Source: a virus
Lineage: Duplodnaviria; Caudoviricetes
IMG/VR virus record: IMGVR_UViG_3300027608_000031
Span: 1 to 62,242 of that record
Length of the DNA: 62,242 nt
Reading direction: 5' to 3' (one strand)
In this document: positions 16,890 through 28,000 of the stretch, piece after piece
Position numbering within the stretch: position 1 is the stretch's first letter
How the letters are laid out: each line of letters starts with the position of its first letter
Made by a program: the position numbers and the translations under genes
The notes under the pieces: generated by a model
Database searches by the model: none
The model's input: the letters and a program-made list of their open reading frames with translations, nothing else
What the model was told of the DNA's origin: nothing

Positions 16890-19169
16890 ATGAGCCTACA
16901 ACTAGCTGCCCAACATTTAGCCGATAAAGGTCGTGGACCTGATACTACGCTTGTTCACATGTCGAACAAAGAGGTCAAGAGCCTCAATGACTTGGCTATG
17001 GCGCATGGTGGTCAACTAACTATTAACCCACAGACTGGGCTACCCGAAGCTGGCTTTCTTTCTGCTATCTTGCCTCTGGTCGCAGGCGCGGCTCTTGGTC
17101 CCGCTGGTTTTGGTTTGACCGCTATGCAAGCTGGTTTGCTTGTTGGTGCAGGGTCGTATGCGTTAAATCCTAAAGGGGGTTTGATGGGTGGCTTGTCAGC
17201 AGGTCTTGGCGGTTATGGTGGCGCTGGGTTAGGGGCGGGGTTGTCAGGTCTTGCTACTTCTGAAGCTGGAGCCTCTGTTCAAAACGTTGCTAATGAAGGT
17301 GCTCAACAAGAACTAGCAAGACAAACTGCGCAACAACAGGCACAGCAAGCAATAATAAACGCGTCTCCCGAAGCGGCTGGATTTGCTACCCCATCAGCAT
17401 TACCATCAGCAGACCAGCTTGCAACGATAAAAAGCAATATCGTAAATGAACAACTGTTGGCTAATCCACCGCCTACAGGGTTTGACGCAGTGAAACAAGG
17501 CGCTAAGTCTTTATTTACTGACCCAACAGCAGATAAATTCAAAGCCTTGGGTGGTGGAAGCTACTCTGGTTTAGCCAGAATGGGGTTAGCGGCTGCGGCT
17601 CCTGCGGCGGGCGAACAGGCAAAATTTACACCTCCCCCTACATCTGCTACCGCTGGAAAACAAGTTGTACCGCATTACAAGTTCAGTCCCGGTATGCAAA
17701 CACCTACACCTACTGCCAGTCCAACTGGCGTAGAAAACGTATATTTCAAGCCACAGTACACAGCCCTTTCTGATGAAGAGGCTAAACAGATGTACCCCGG
17801 TTATGGCGCGTATGTTCCCCCCACTACCGCCGCAGATGGTGGACTTATGGGCTACACAGGTGGCGGCCCAGTTGAGCAGATGTCCACTAACGCCATGATG
17901 GGGGTAAACACAATGTACCCGATGGCAAATATTGCCCCATTTGGTGGCGGCGCGATGAACATGATGTCAGGCGGGCAAAGAATGGCGGATGGCGGTGTGT
18001 CTTATGACCCCAAGACCCAACGATACTCAAAAGGGATTTCCGAAGCCCTTAGACCAGAAAACCGTGATGTAAACATCTACAACGATACAGGTGGTATCGG
18101 TTCTGGCGGCGGTCCAGCTTCCGCCTCATCGTCCTCATCTTCTACTGGTTCTCCGACCGGTTCGACGATAGGTGATATAGGCTACGCCATATCTAATCAG
18201 TCTATTTCTCCTATGGCAGCCGCGATTGCACAAGCGGCAATGGATGCCATGTCTCCAACAAGTAACACCTCGGCTAACGCAGTAAATGGTATGGACGCGG
18301 CAAGTGATGCCGCTTCTGCCGCTTCTGCTGCTGCCGCAGCCGCTGACGCTAGTGGTGGTGCCCCCGGTATGGGTGGTGGCTCTGATGCTTCTTCTGGCGA
18401 TAGTGGAGCCGCAGGTGGTGGCGGCGGTGGCGACGCTGGTGGTGAAGCTCGTGGTGGCTTGTCCCCACGCTTTACACACCATATGGCTGACGGCGGTATT
18501 TCCGGTAGAGGTCATCTTGATTTAAATATTCCACTTGACTTTGGTAACGGAAGCAGTGGTGGCTTTGGCGGCGGTGGCGCTAATGGTTACAGTGCCGCAG
18601 GCTCTGGTGGCGGAAGTCAGACTGGGTTCACTGGGCAGAACAATACTGCTATTGGCGCAAAAGGCGGAGCCGGGTTATCACCACTTTTTAATACCGGTCA
18701 AACTCCTTTTGACAACACATTCGAAGGCGATACGTTCCAACCTCAAGGTACACGCGCTTTTGGTGGTAACCCACAGCAAATGATAGGGTTGCTATCTTCT
18801 TTGATGCAAGGCCAGCAGTCGGGTAACGCATCTGCTCCACAACCTATGCAGATGGCTTCGGGAGGTATCTCAGATGCGGGATATAACTTGGGTGGCTATT
18901 CTGATGGTGGGCGCTTACTTCGCGGGCCGGGAGATGGCGTATCTGATTCAATTCCTGCCGTGATTGGCAAAAGACAACCTGCTCGTTTGGCTGATGGTGA
19001 GTTCGTAGTCCCAGCCCGTATCGTGTCAGAGTTGGGTAATGGCTCAACCGAGGCTGGCGCACGCAAACTGTACGCCATGATGGACAGAATCCAAGCGGCT
19101 CGTGGTAAGACTGTGGGTAAAGGTAGAGTGGCAAAAAATAGTCGGTCTGAGAAGTATCTACCTGCGTAG
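16890..19169 (+). CDS. internal virion/ejection protein
   Basis: GRGPDT.LVHM..INP.TGLPEA N-module; GPGDGVSDSIPA..ARLADGEFVV C-module; many xAxGG motifs. Confidence 0.75.
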   Translation: MSLQLAAQHLADKGRGPDTTLVHMSNKEVKSLNDLAMAHGGQLTINPQTGLPEAGFLSAILPLVAGAALGPAGFGLTAMQAGLLVGAGSYALNPKGGLMGGLSAGLGGYGGAGLGAGLSGLATSEAGASVQNVANEGAQQELARQTAQQQAQQAIINASPEAAGFATPSALPSADQLATIKSNIVNEQLLANPPPTGFDAVKQGAKSLFTDPTADKFKALGGGSYSGLARMGLAAAAPAAGEQAKFTPPPTSATAGKQVVPHYKFSPGMQTPTPTASPTGVENVYFKPQYTALSDEEAKQMYPGYGAYVPPTTAADGGLMGYTGGGPVEQMSTNAMMGVNTMYPMANIAPFGGGAMNMMSGGQRMADGGVSYDPKTQRYSKGISEALRPENRDVNIYNDTGGIGSGGGPASASSSSSSTGSPTGSTIGDIGYAISNQSISPMAAAIAQAAMDAMSPTSNTSANAVNGMDAASDAASAASAAAAAADASGGAPGMGGGSDASSGDSGAAGGGGGGDAGGEARGGLSPRFTHHMADGGISGRGHLDLNIPLDFGNGSSGGFGGGGANGYSAAGSGGGSQTGFTGQNNTAIGAKGGAGLSPLFNTGQTPFDNTFEGDTFQPQGTRAFGGNPQQMIGLLSSLMQGQQSGNASAPQPMQMASGGISDAGYNLGGYSDGGRLLRGPGDGVSDSIPAVIGKRQPARLADGEFVVPARIVSELGNGSTEAGARKLYAMMDRIQAARGKTVGKGRVAKNSRSEKYLPA

Positions 19170-19171
19170 AC

Positions 19172-19579
19172 ATGCCACTTCACCATGTCCACCCTAACTA
19201 TCTGCCCAATGTATGGCCTGTTGCTTTACCGTTGCTAAAGAAGGCAATGGACTTAGAGCCGGGGTCGCATAACGAGCAGTTTATTGAGTACAGCATCCGT
19301 ACAGGTAAGACACACTTGTTGGTGTGGGAAGAGCCTGATGAGGGCATTACTGGTGCATGTACGATTGAATTTATTGACTACCCGATGGAGCGCGTAGCGC
19401 ATGTAAACCTGATGGGTGGCAAAGGGATTGTTAGAGACTATGTGTTTGATGAGGCCAAAAACTTCATGCGACTCAATGGTGCCAAAAAAGCTCAGTGCTG
19501 GGCAAGGGGCACACTGGTTGATATGTACAAGAAAATGGGTATGGAAAACACCCACCAAGTAATGAGGGTTGATCTATGA
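19172..19579 (+). CDS. GNAT-fold virion assembly protein (T7 gp13/P22 gp14-like)
   Basis: Size, position between ejection genes, R...Y.K.G motif. Confidence 0.5.
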   Translation: MPLHHVHPNYLPNVWPVALPLLKKAMDLEPGSHNEQFIEYSIRTGKTHLLVWEEPDEGITGACTIEFIDYPMERVAHVNLMGGKGIVRDYVFDEAKNFMRLNGAKKAQCWARGTLVDMYKKMGMENTHQVMRVDL

Positions 19580-22014
19580 GAACAAGTTATTCACGCCGTG
19601 AACTCTACGCATTTGGCGAGCCGCTTGGGGATAGCGCCACCTATTTAAAAGCCGATGGCGGTCTCATTCTTGGTGATGGAGGCGGGGGTGGCGGCGGTTC
19701 ACAACCTGCATCGTCTACTACACAAACCCAAGACTTACCTGATTGGGCGAAGCCGTATGCGCAAGACGTACTGTCTAAGGGTAAGGCAGTAACTGACCTT
19801 GACCAAAATCCATACCAACCCTATGGCGGTGAGCGTATTGCTGGGTTTGACCCGATGCAACAACAATCGTTCCAAGGCGCAAGGGATATGAGAGTTGCGC
19901 CTCAAATTGGTCAGGCTACTGCTGCATCGGTCGGTGCGGGTTTGGGTGGGTTTGATGTAGCTGGTCAGGCTAATCAGTATGGATTCCAGAATCAAGTAGG
20001 TGGGTACATGAACCCCTACTTGCAGATGTCTTTGGCTCCTCAAATTGCTGAAGCCAACCGTGCGTACGACATTACTGGTACTAGACAACAGTCTGCGGCT
20101 ACTCAAGCAGGTGCATTTGGTGGCTCACGTGAAGCAATCATGGCGGCTGAAAACGAACGCAACCGCAATACAGGTATCAATCAGATTGTTGGTCAAGGCT
20201 ACAACACCGCGTTTACTAACGCACAGAACCAGTACAACCAGAACTTGCAGAATCAACTTGCAGGTTACGGCATGGCTAATCAAGCCGCTGGTCAGTTGGG
20301 TAACTTAGGGCAGAGCCAGTATCAGCAGGGCATGGGCATCAACGCCTTGCAAAACCAATACGGTGCGCAACAGCAAGCCCAGCAACAAAGAGGTCTGGAC
20401 ACTGCATACCAAGACTTCCTCACACAGAAGAACTATCCATACCAACAACTCAGTTACATGTCTAACTTGGTTCGTGGTACCCCAATGGGCATGAACACGC
20501 AGTCGCAGGTCTATCAAGCACCTCCAAGTACTATGGGTCAGCTTGCTGGTCTGGGTATGGGTGCCTATGGTCTAAGCAGAATGGCTGAGGGTGGCTTGGC
20601 GTTTGGTGAAGGCGGGGACATTTCTGAAAAAATGAATGACCCTGCGGCTATGGCGGCACAGGTTGACAAGTTGTCAGATGAGCAACTCCAAGCAATTATT
20701 CAGAACCCTACAACACAGGTTGAGTTAGTAGCCGCCCAACAAGAACTTGCCATGCGTGCATCCGAGCGTGGTGGTATGGCAGCGGCGTATAACCAGTTAC
20801 CCCAACAACAGCAACAAGGCGTAGTTCAAGCCGCTAATGGCGGCATCCTTGCGTTTGCAGATGGTGACTTAATTACAGACCCACAATTTGGTGGCTCAAT
20901 TGGTACATACGAAACACCTAAAAAACTTCCTATGAGTGAAGTGCAAAAAATAGTTAGTGATTTAAAAGACCAAGGAAAGACTGTAGGGCTTTCAGATGTG
21001 CAAGACATTATGTATGGTAAATACGTTGTAGATAAGCCAACAGCTCCGGTAGCTAAACCAACGACTTCGGTTAGTGAACCATACAACGCCGCTACTGCAA
21101 CACGTCGCGTGGACTTTGAAAGTAAAGACAAACCAAAAGTTAGCCCACAAATCTTCTCTGGCATTACTCAGTTGTCCAAGGATAGTGGCGTACCCGCTGT
21201 TTCTTTAATGGATGAGTACACCAAAATGCGCAACATGCTCAAAGCCGAGAGCAAGGGCGACATGGACACATTGAACAAGATGCTGGAAAAATCCGCCGGA
21301 CGTTCAAAAGAAATTAAAGACAAAGGCTTTGGTAAAGCACTGGCTGAGTTTGGTTTTCAAATGGCGGCTAATGCCGCTGAACCCGGTCAAGCGGGTAACA
21401 AAGGTATCTTTGGTGTAATACGAAGTGCCGCAAAAGCATCTCCAACACTTGCCGCATCGGTTGCTAAGACTAATGAGTTGGCTCAAGCCGCAGATGACAA
21501 CCAGCAAAAACTTGCGATTGCTATGCAACAGTTCCAAATGGCGCAACGTAAGGGTGATAACGCTACAGCCCTAGGCTGGGCAACACAAGTACGTCAACTA
21601 CAGCAAGTGGACAAACAAATCGCAGTACAGCGTGAACAACTTGACGTACAACGTCAACAATACGCCTCACAAGCTGGCCTCGGTGCCGCACAACTGGCAC
21701 AGAAAGAACGTCAGTTTAGTTCTCTCATGGACTACCGCAACAAAGCCGCAGACGCTCAAGGATTTGCGGCCAAAGCACGCATGAATGATGTGCGACGTAA
21801 AGCCACGCTTGACTTTGATAGCGCCAACAAGCGTAAAGAAGCGGAACTCATACAACAGTATGGTCCTATTCAGGGTAAATACCAATATAACCAAATCCGC
21901 AACAACTACATCAATGATGTAATGCAATCTACGCGTGACCAACGTGGGGATATGGCTTCCGCAACAGGCGGTGGGGATACAAAATCGTATTTTGATCTTA
22001 TGAACATGGAATAA
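19576..22014 (+). CDS. Q/G/A-rich ejection (pilot) protein
   Basis: LPDWA.PY, YMNPY, GAFGGSR, YPYQQL motifs; MAEGG. Confidence 0.7.
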   Translation: MRTSYSRRELYAFGEPLGDSATYLKADGGLILGDGGGGGGGSQPASSTTQTQDLPDWAKPYAQDVLSKGKAVTDLDQNPYQPYGGERIAGFDPMQQQSFQGARDMRVAPQIGQATAASVGAGLGGFDVAGQANQYGFQNQVGGYMNPYLQMSLAPQIAEANRAYDITGTRQQSAATQAGAFGGSREAIMAAENERNRNTGINQIVGQGYNTAFTNAQNQYNQNLQNQLAGYGMANQAAGQLGNLGQSQYQQGMGINALQNQYGAQQQAQQQRGLDTAYQDFLTQKNYPYQQLSYMSNLVRGTPMGMNTQSQVYQAPPSTMGQLAGLGMGAYGLSRMAEGGLAFGEGGDISEKMNDPAAMAAQVDKLSDEQLQAIIQNPTTQVELVAAQQELAMRASERGGMAAAYNQLPQQQQQGVVQAANGGILAFADGDLITDPQFGGSIGTYETPKKLPMSEVQKIVSDLKDQGKTVGLSDVQDIMYGKYVVDKPTAPVAKPTTSVSEPYNAATATRRVDFESKDKPKVSPQIFSGITQLSKDSGVPAVSLMDEYTKMRNMLKAESKGDMDTLNKMLEKSAGRSKEIKDKGFGKALAEFGFQMAANAAEPGQAGNKGIFGVIRSAAKASPTLAASVAKTNELAQAADDNQQKLAIAMQQFQMAQRKGDNATALGWATQVRQLQQVDKQIAVQREQLDVQRQQYASQAGLGAAQLAQKERQFSSLMDYRNKAADAQGFAAKARMNDVRRKATLDFDSANKRKEAELIQQYGPIQGKYQYNQIRNNYINDVMQSTRDQRGDMASATGGGDTKSYFDLMNME

Positions 22015-22026
22015 CGCGGAGCAAAC

Positions 22027-25000
22027 ATGGTTATTACTCTGCCTAAAGTCGGGAACGTTGAGTTCCCTGACAACTTGTCTCCAGAACAACTCGACGTCAT
22101 GTTGAATAATTTGGCTAGGAAGTATGACTTCAGCCTTCCCAAACCTGATGTTGGTTTAGGTGAGATTGGTAAACGCGGTGCCATGCGTGGTTTGGGAGAA
22201 ATTGGTATTGCTATAGGCGATACCCTTCCCGGTATGGTAGGCAGTGCCATAGGTGCAAACGACTACGCTGAACGCCAAATGAAGGAAGCGGAAGCAAGCC
22301 GCCAACTTCTACAGCAGAAATACCCAACGCGTTTTAAATCATATAAAGACATCAACAGCCCGTTTGAGGCACTTGAGTACGGCGTTGAAACTTTGGGTGA
22401 ACTTACACCTACTCTTGCTACTTCAATAGTTCCCGGTGTAGGGGGCAGTGTGTTGGGCGGGCGCTTGGCTGGCGGCGCGGCTTTCAAGGCGGCTACTGCC
22501 GCTGGCGTTCCTACCCGTGCAGGTCTAGCTGGTGTTGAGACTGCCGCAAAAGCTGGTGCACAAAAGGGTATGTATGGTGGCGTGTTCATGGGTTCATTTG
22601 CTCAAAACGCACCCGAAGTATTTGAGAATATTTATCAAGAAACTGGCAAGTTTGAACCCGGTGTTGCCGCCCTAGCAGGTGGCTTCAGTGCCGTGTTGGA
22701 CTCTGTGTTGCCCGTTGGTGTTCTTAACTCGCTGGGTAGTTACGGCAAACTAAAAGTCATTGAGCAAATGGCTAAAGAGTCTGGTGCCGCACCAAAAGTT
22801 TGGAAATATCTTGGCAAAGAAGTTAGCAAGTCTGCCGCTACTGAAGGTCTTACCGAGAGCGCACAAGAAGCCATAAGCGCATATGCCGCACAAGTTGCTG
22901 GCAGTACAAAAGGTTTGCTCGACCCTGAGAACGTACAAAAGTACAAGGAAGCGTTTGTCAAAGGTGCTGTGGGTGGTGCTGGCTTTGGAATTCCGGGTGG
23001 CATAGCCGCTGGTCGCACAGCCAAGAAAGATTACTCAAACACGCAAGAAGCCAAAGAAGCGTTGAATCAGTTAGCCGCACAAGAAGAAGCGGCACGACTG
23101 CAACCTACTGGCTTGCAAAACCAAATCGAAGGACAGTTCCCAACAGCGGGCAATACGCAAGCTGATATGGAAGCCGCCCTTGCGGAGAACGATGCACGCA
23201 AAGCGCGTGAGATTGAAATCAATGCCTTGCAAGCCCGCATGGATGAGCAACGTCCCGGTTCACGAGCCTACGCTGACTTAGAAGACGCAATTAAAAAAGC
23301 CAAGGCTAAAGACGCTGACGAAAATGCGGCTAAAGCGTCAGAGAGCGCGTTTGCTACTGCCAAGCCAACACCCGGTACGGGCGGCATGTTTATGCCCGGA
23401 GTTGAGAAGCAACGTGTTGAGAACAAAATTAGCCAAGAGCAAGGTATGCGTGGGTTTGCCTTTGGCGACATGGGTGCACAGAACGCACCGAAAGACCCAG
23501 TGACAACACAAGTGCTCAAAGCCTTGCGTATATCTGACCGCTCACAACTTGGTTTGGATTTACTGGGTACCGACATGGCTACGCCCGAAGGCGTGCGCAA
23601 ATTTATACAGACAATGGAAGACCCACAAAAGACGGGCACCATTAACGTCAATGAAGATAACTATCAAAAAGTACTTGACAGCCTATACGCTGACGGTCGT
23701 GGTGGTGAAGTCGAAGCCGCCCGTGCGGAGTTACAAGCGGAGCCTATCTCTGAGAAAACACAGAAGCAACAATCAGCAACGCGTCAATTCGCCTTTGGAG
23801 ATACCAATGCTGGACAACCTAACACCCCAACAGATAGAGCAAGCACTAGCGTGGCTCCATCACCCGATCAAGAAAGCGCCGCCGCAGGAGTTGGAGCACC
23901 TACAGGAGATGGAGTGGTTCTTACTAAGCCGGATGCTGGACTGCCTGTTGTCAGAAAAGCTGAACAGTCCGTTGCAGTAGAAGACCAAAATGCGGCTCCT
24001 GTTGCTACCACTACTACTGATACTGCTCCTCCTGTTGTATCTGCTAAGAGACGAAAGACTACTCCTGTCAAGGCTACTGAAATTGCCCCTGCCGAAACGG
24101 TGGAAGCACAGGATATTGCTAAGGTTAATAAAACTATAAAGTTTGGTGAAGACCTCAAGATTGCCGCTGAGAAATTAGGTCGCACTGCATCCCTCAAAGG
24201 GATGACTGAACTTGCCAAAGACGCCCACGCTTATTTCAGCAAGGTTCTACCTGAGTTGGCGCTTAAAGCGATTGCTAACGACTTGGTGTATCAGCCTACT
24301 GCCTATCGCAATTCCAAAATGAAGGCGTTCAAGGGCGACCCCGAGATGACATTCGGCACACAAGCCGAGGCTGAGTTCTTCAAAGGACAAGGTGGTATAC
24401 ACGCTAAGAACGCCGCACAGTGGGTGCGTCAGAACCTGTCGCCCGAAGCAATCGCATTCATGGATAAGCAGATTGCCCTGTACGAAAAAGAGAACGCCAG
24501 TTCTCAAGTGCACTACTCCAGAATTGATAAACAGCAAGGGGTCAAGAAAGCGACTAAGAAGCAGTTAGCGGCTGAGGCTAAAGAAGCCGCCGCAGACAAG
24601 AAGAAAGTTTCTGTACAGAAGACGATTGATGACATCTACCTTGATGACGCAATTGAGACTTCTTACGATGACTTTATAAACAGAGGACGCGGTGAGGGAT
24701 ACTTTGCATCGCCTGAGATTGCCGCCCTGCATGGCGAGGCGCATCCAGTTGTCCTACACATGTTGGAGCGGGGTGATGTTGCAGGTGCTCTACAAGCTCT
24801 TGCAGATTCCGGTTCTTCTGGTTTGGTACAACGTATTGCTGGTTCTTTGGTTAAGTACTTAGGTGATGTGAAATTGGCGGTGGGCGAAGCCCGCTACGAC
24901 CCAAAGACAAACACTATCTACTTGCCTGCAAACGCCAGCGAGTACGAGATTTTGCATGAGGCCGCTCACGCCGCACTATCACATGTTTTGGCAAACCCAT

Positions 25001-28000
25001 CACATCCGATCACCCGGAAGTTAAACAAACTCTTTGAGCAAATCAAGGGTGATATTGAAGGCGCGTATGGCGCTACAGACTTGCAAGAGTTTGCCGCTGA
25101 AATGTGGAGTAACGAAGTCTTTCGCACCCGCTTAAAGGAAATGCGCACTGAGTCCCCTAACCTGTCAATGTGGGACAAGATTGTTAACGTCCTACGTAAA
25201 CTGATGGGTTACGAGCCAAAGCAAACAAGTGTGGTAGATGCAGTTGACCAGATGCTCAGTGCGATTATGGGTGCACCTCCTGCCGCACGCTACGGCGAGT
25301 CCATGTATGCGCAGTCCATCCACAAACCCAATGTGGCACAGCAGATGATGACTGGTATGGGTAATATCATTTCCAACCAGCCCGCCATGAACAGTGAACG
25401 CGCTGTGAAGTTTCTTGCCGCTACAGAACGCATGGGAATTAGTTTCCGCGAGGCTACTCAACGCTTCCTGAACTTGTCTGCTCTGGGTGAAGTTGGTGAA
25501 AAGATATTGGGTAAAGACTCAATGGACTTCGCCCGCTCTGTGGATGGCATGATTGGTTACCGTGAAGAGTTGCGTGCCAAACTAAAGCCTATTGCTGACC
25601 GTCTAAACAAATACCGTCAGAACGCTAACTATGACGCATGGTCACGCCTTGTGCATGAATCGTCACGCTTGGACGTAAATCCAGAGGCTCCTATTAGCCA
25701 GTACAAGGGCGCACCTGAGAGAGAAGCAGCCCATCGTCAATTCTCTGCTGAGTTCAACAAACTCAATGACGAAGAAAAGCAGTTGTACCGTGACACATTC
25801 GGTGCATACCGTGGCTTGTTCAAAGAGTTGAAGGGGTCGTTGTATAGCAGTCTGAAGGAAACTTTCCCTGATGAGCAAGCGGCGCTAAGTGCGTACAACA
25901 AGATCATTGACCAAATCACGAAGATGGGCATTGACCACTACGTGCCTTTGTACCGTCAGGGTACTTACTGGTTGACCTACACCGACAAGACTAACGATGC
26001 TGTGTCTGAGTTGTATAACAGCCAAGCTGAACGTGACTTTGCACGCCGCAAGTTGGAAGCAGAAGGCAATACAAACTTTGATGAGTTCTCCCGCATTGAC
26101 CAGTTCACCGTGAAGAATGTTCCACGTGGAACTATGGCGGCTCAGATTGTGAAGATCATGCGTGAAGGCAACGCCGATGATGAGGCTGTCAATAAGTTCT
26201 TGCAGTTAATCGTTGCCGCTATGCCCGAGGCTAGTTTGCTCAAGTCTTTCCAAACACGTAAGGGTACGCTTGGTTATGAGAACGATGTTGCCTTGGCATT
26301 TGGTAATGTGACTCAGAACGTGACCCGCCAGTTGTCCTTGATGCGCTACGGTGATCGTATGCGCCGCTTGGTTAGCAACATGAAAGAAACTGCCGCAGGA
26401 CTACGTGGGCAGAATCAAGACCGTGCTATTGAATTGATTAACGAGTTTGAAGCACGCCAAGAATACGCCATGAACCCCAAGGTATCTGATTGGGCACGCT
26501 ACGCAAGTACTGGCGCGTTCTACTTCAACTTGGCTGGTAACGCATCGTCTGCCGTAGTCAACACGTTGCAAACTCCTATGATTGTCTACCCGCTTTTGGG
26601 TGGTAAGTATGGTTGGAAAGACTCAGGACTTGCATTGTTGGCGGCGTTGAAGTTGTATAGAACTAGCGGTGCCAAGCGCGAAGTAATTGATATTAACGGC
26701 AACAAGTCCATGCAAGATAGTTGGTTGGAAGTCGGCCTATCTATCGACAACACGGTCAGTATGGGCAAAGCCCCGCAGTATGCCGCCTTGATGCAACGAC
26801 TCAAAGACCTTGGGTTCTTACAAACATCAACAGCTTATGACGCGTTGGATGTAAACGATAGGCCCGGGAAAGCGATTGATAAGACTTCTAACCTAGCGCA
26901 CAAAACTGCGGTTATTTCCACATACATGTTCCACCATGCCGAGCGTATGAACCGTGAAATCACGGCAGTTGCCGCCTATGAGTTGGAGATGGGACGCCTC
27001 AAGAATAACAAGAAGTTGTCCGATGCCGAGAAGCAAGCACAAGCGATTGAAGAAGCCATCAAAATGGTTACCTTTGCGCATGGTGCTGGTCATACTGAAT
27101 CTGGGCCCAGCATTGGTCATTCAGACATAGGTAAAGTTCTTACTGTGTTTAAGCGGTTTGGCTTCACCATGTACTACATGTTGTTTAACACCATGAATCG
27201 TGCGCTGCCAGTTCAAGGTGCCACAGGACAACAACTTGAGGAAATACAAGCCGCCCGTCGTCAGTTGTTAGGCATATACGGCACTGCCGCATTGTTTGCT
27301 GGTGCTAAGGGTTTACCCATGTATTGGATTATGGAAGCCGCCTACAACGCGCTCAATGATGACGACGAGGATGACTTTGATACAGTCATGCGTAAATATC
27401 TTGGTGAGTTTGCGTTTAAGGGCCCAGTCAACTACATCACGAACCTTGGTATTGCTGACCGTGTGGGTTGGACTGACTTAATCTACCGCGAAAACAAGGG
27501 TGGCAAAGCAGACGCTAGTGCGTTGAGCCAAATTACCGAGGCGATACTGGGCGCACCATATGCCATAGTAAACAACATGTTCCGTGCGGCTGAACTTGCC
27601 AATGATGGTCACATGGAGCGTGCCATCGAGACTGCCCTACCTATTGCGCTACGCAACGTGCTCAAGGGTGTCCGCTACGCCACCGAGGGTGTAAATACTC
27701 TACGTGGAGACCCAGTGATGGGGGATGTGAATGGATACAACGCAGCGTTGCAGGTCTTAGGTTTCGCACCTGCTGACTTGTTGGCACAATATGAGATTAA
27801 CGCCACCGCTAAAAAGATGGGCGATGTGATTACTAAGGAAGAGCAGTCCTTGCTCAAGAAGTACTACGTTGCCCAGCGTGAAGGTGACTTTGAGCGTGCA
27901 GATATGTTGGAAGAAAAACTATTTAAGTTGGGCGATAAGTACCCTGAGTTGAAGATAACTGCCAACACGCTCAAAAAGTCTGTAACAGCACGAGACAGAA

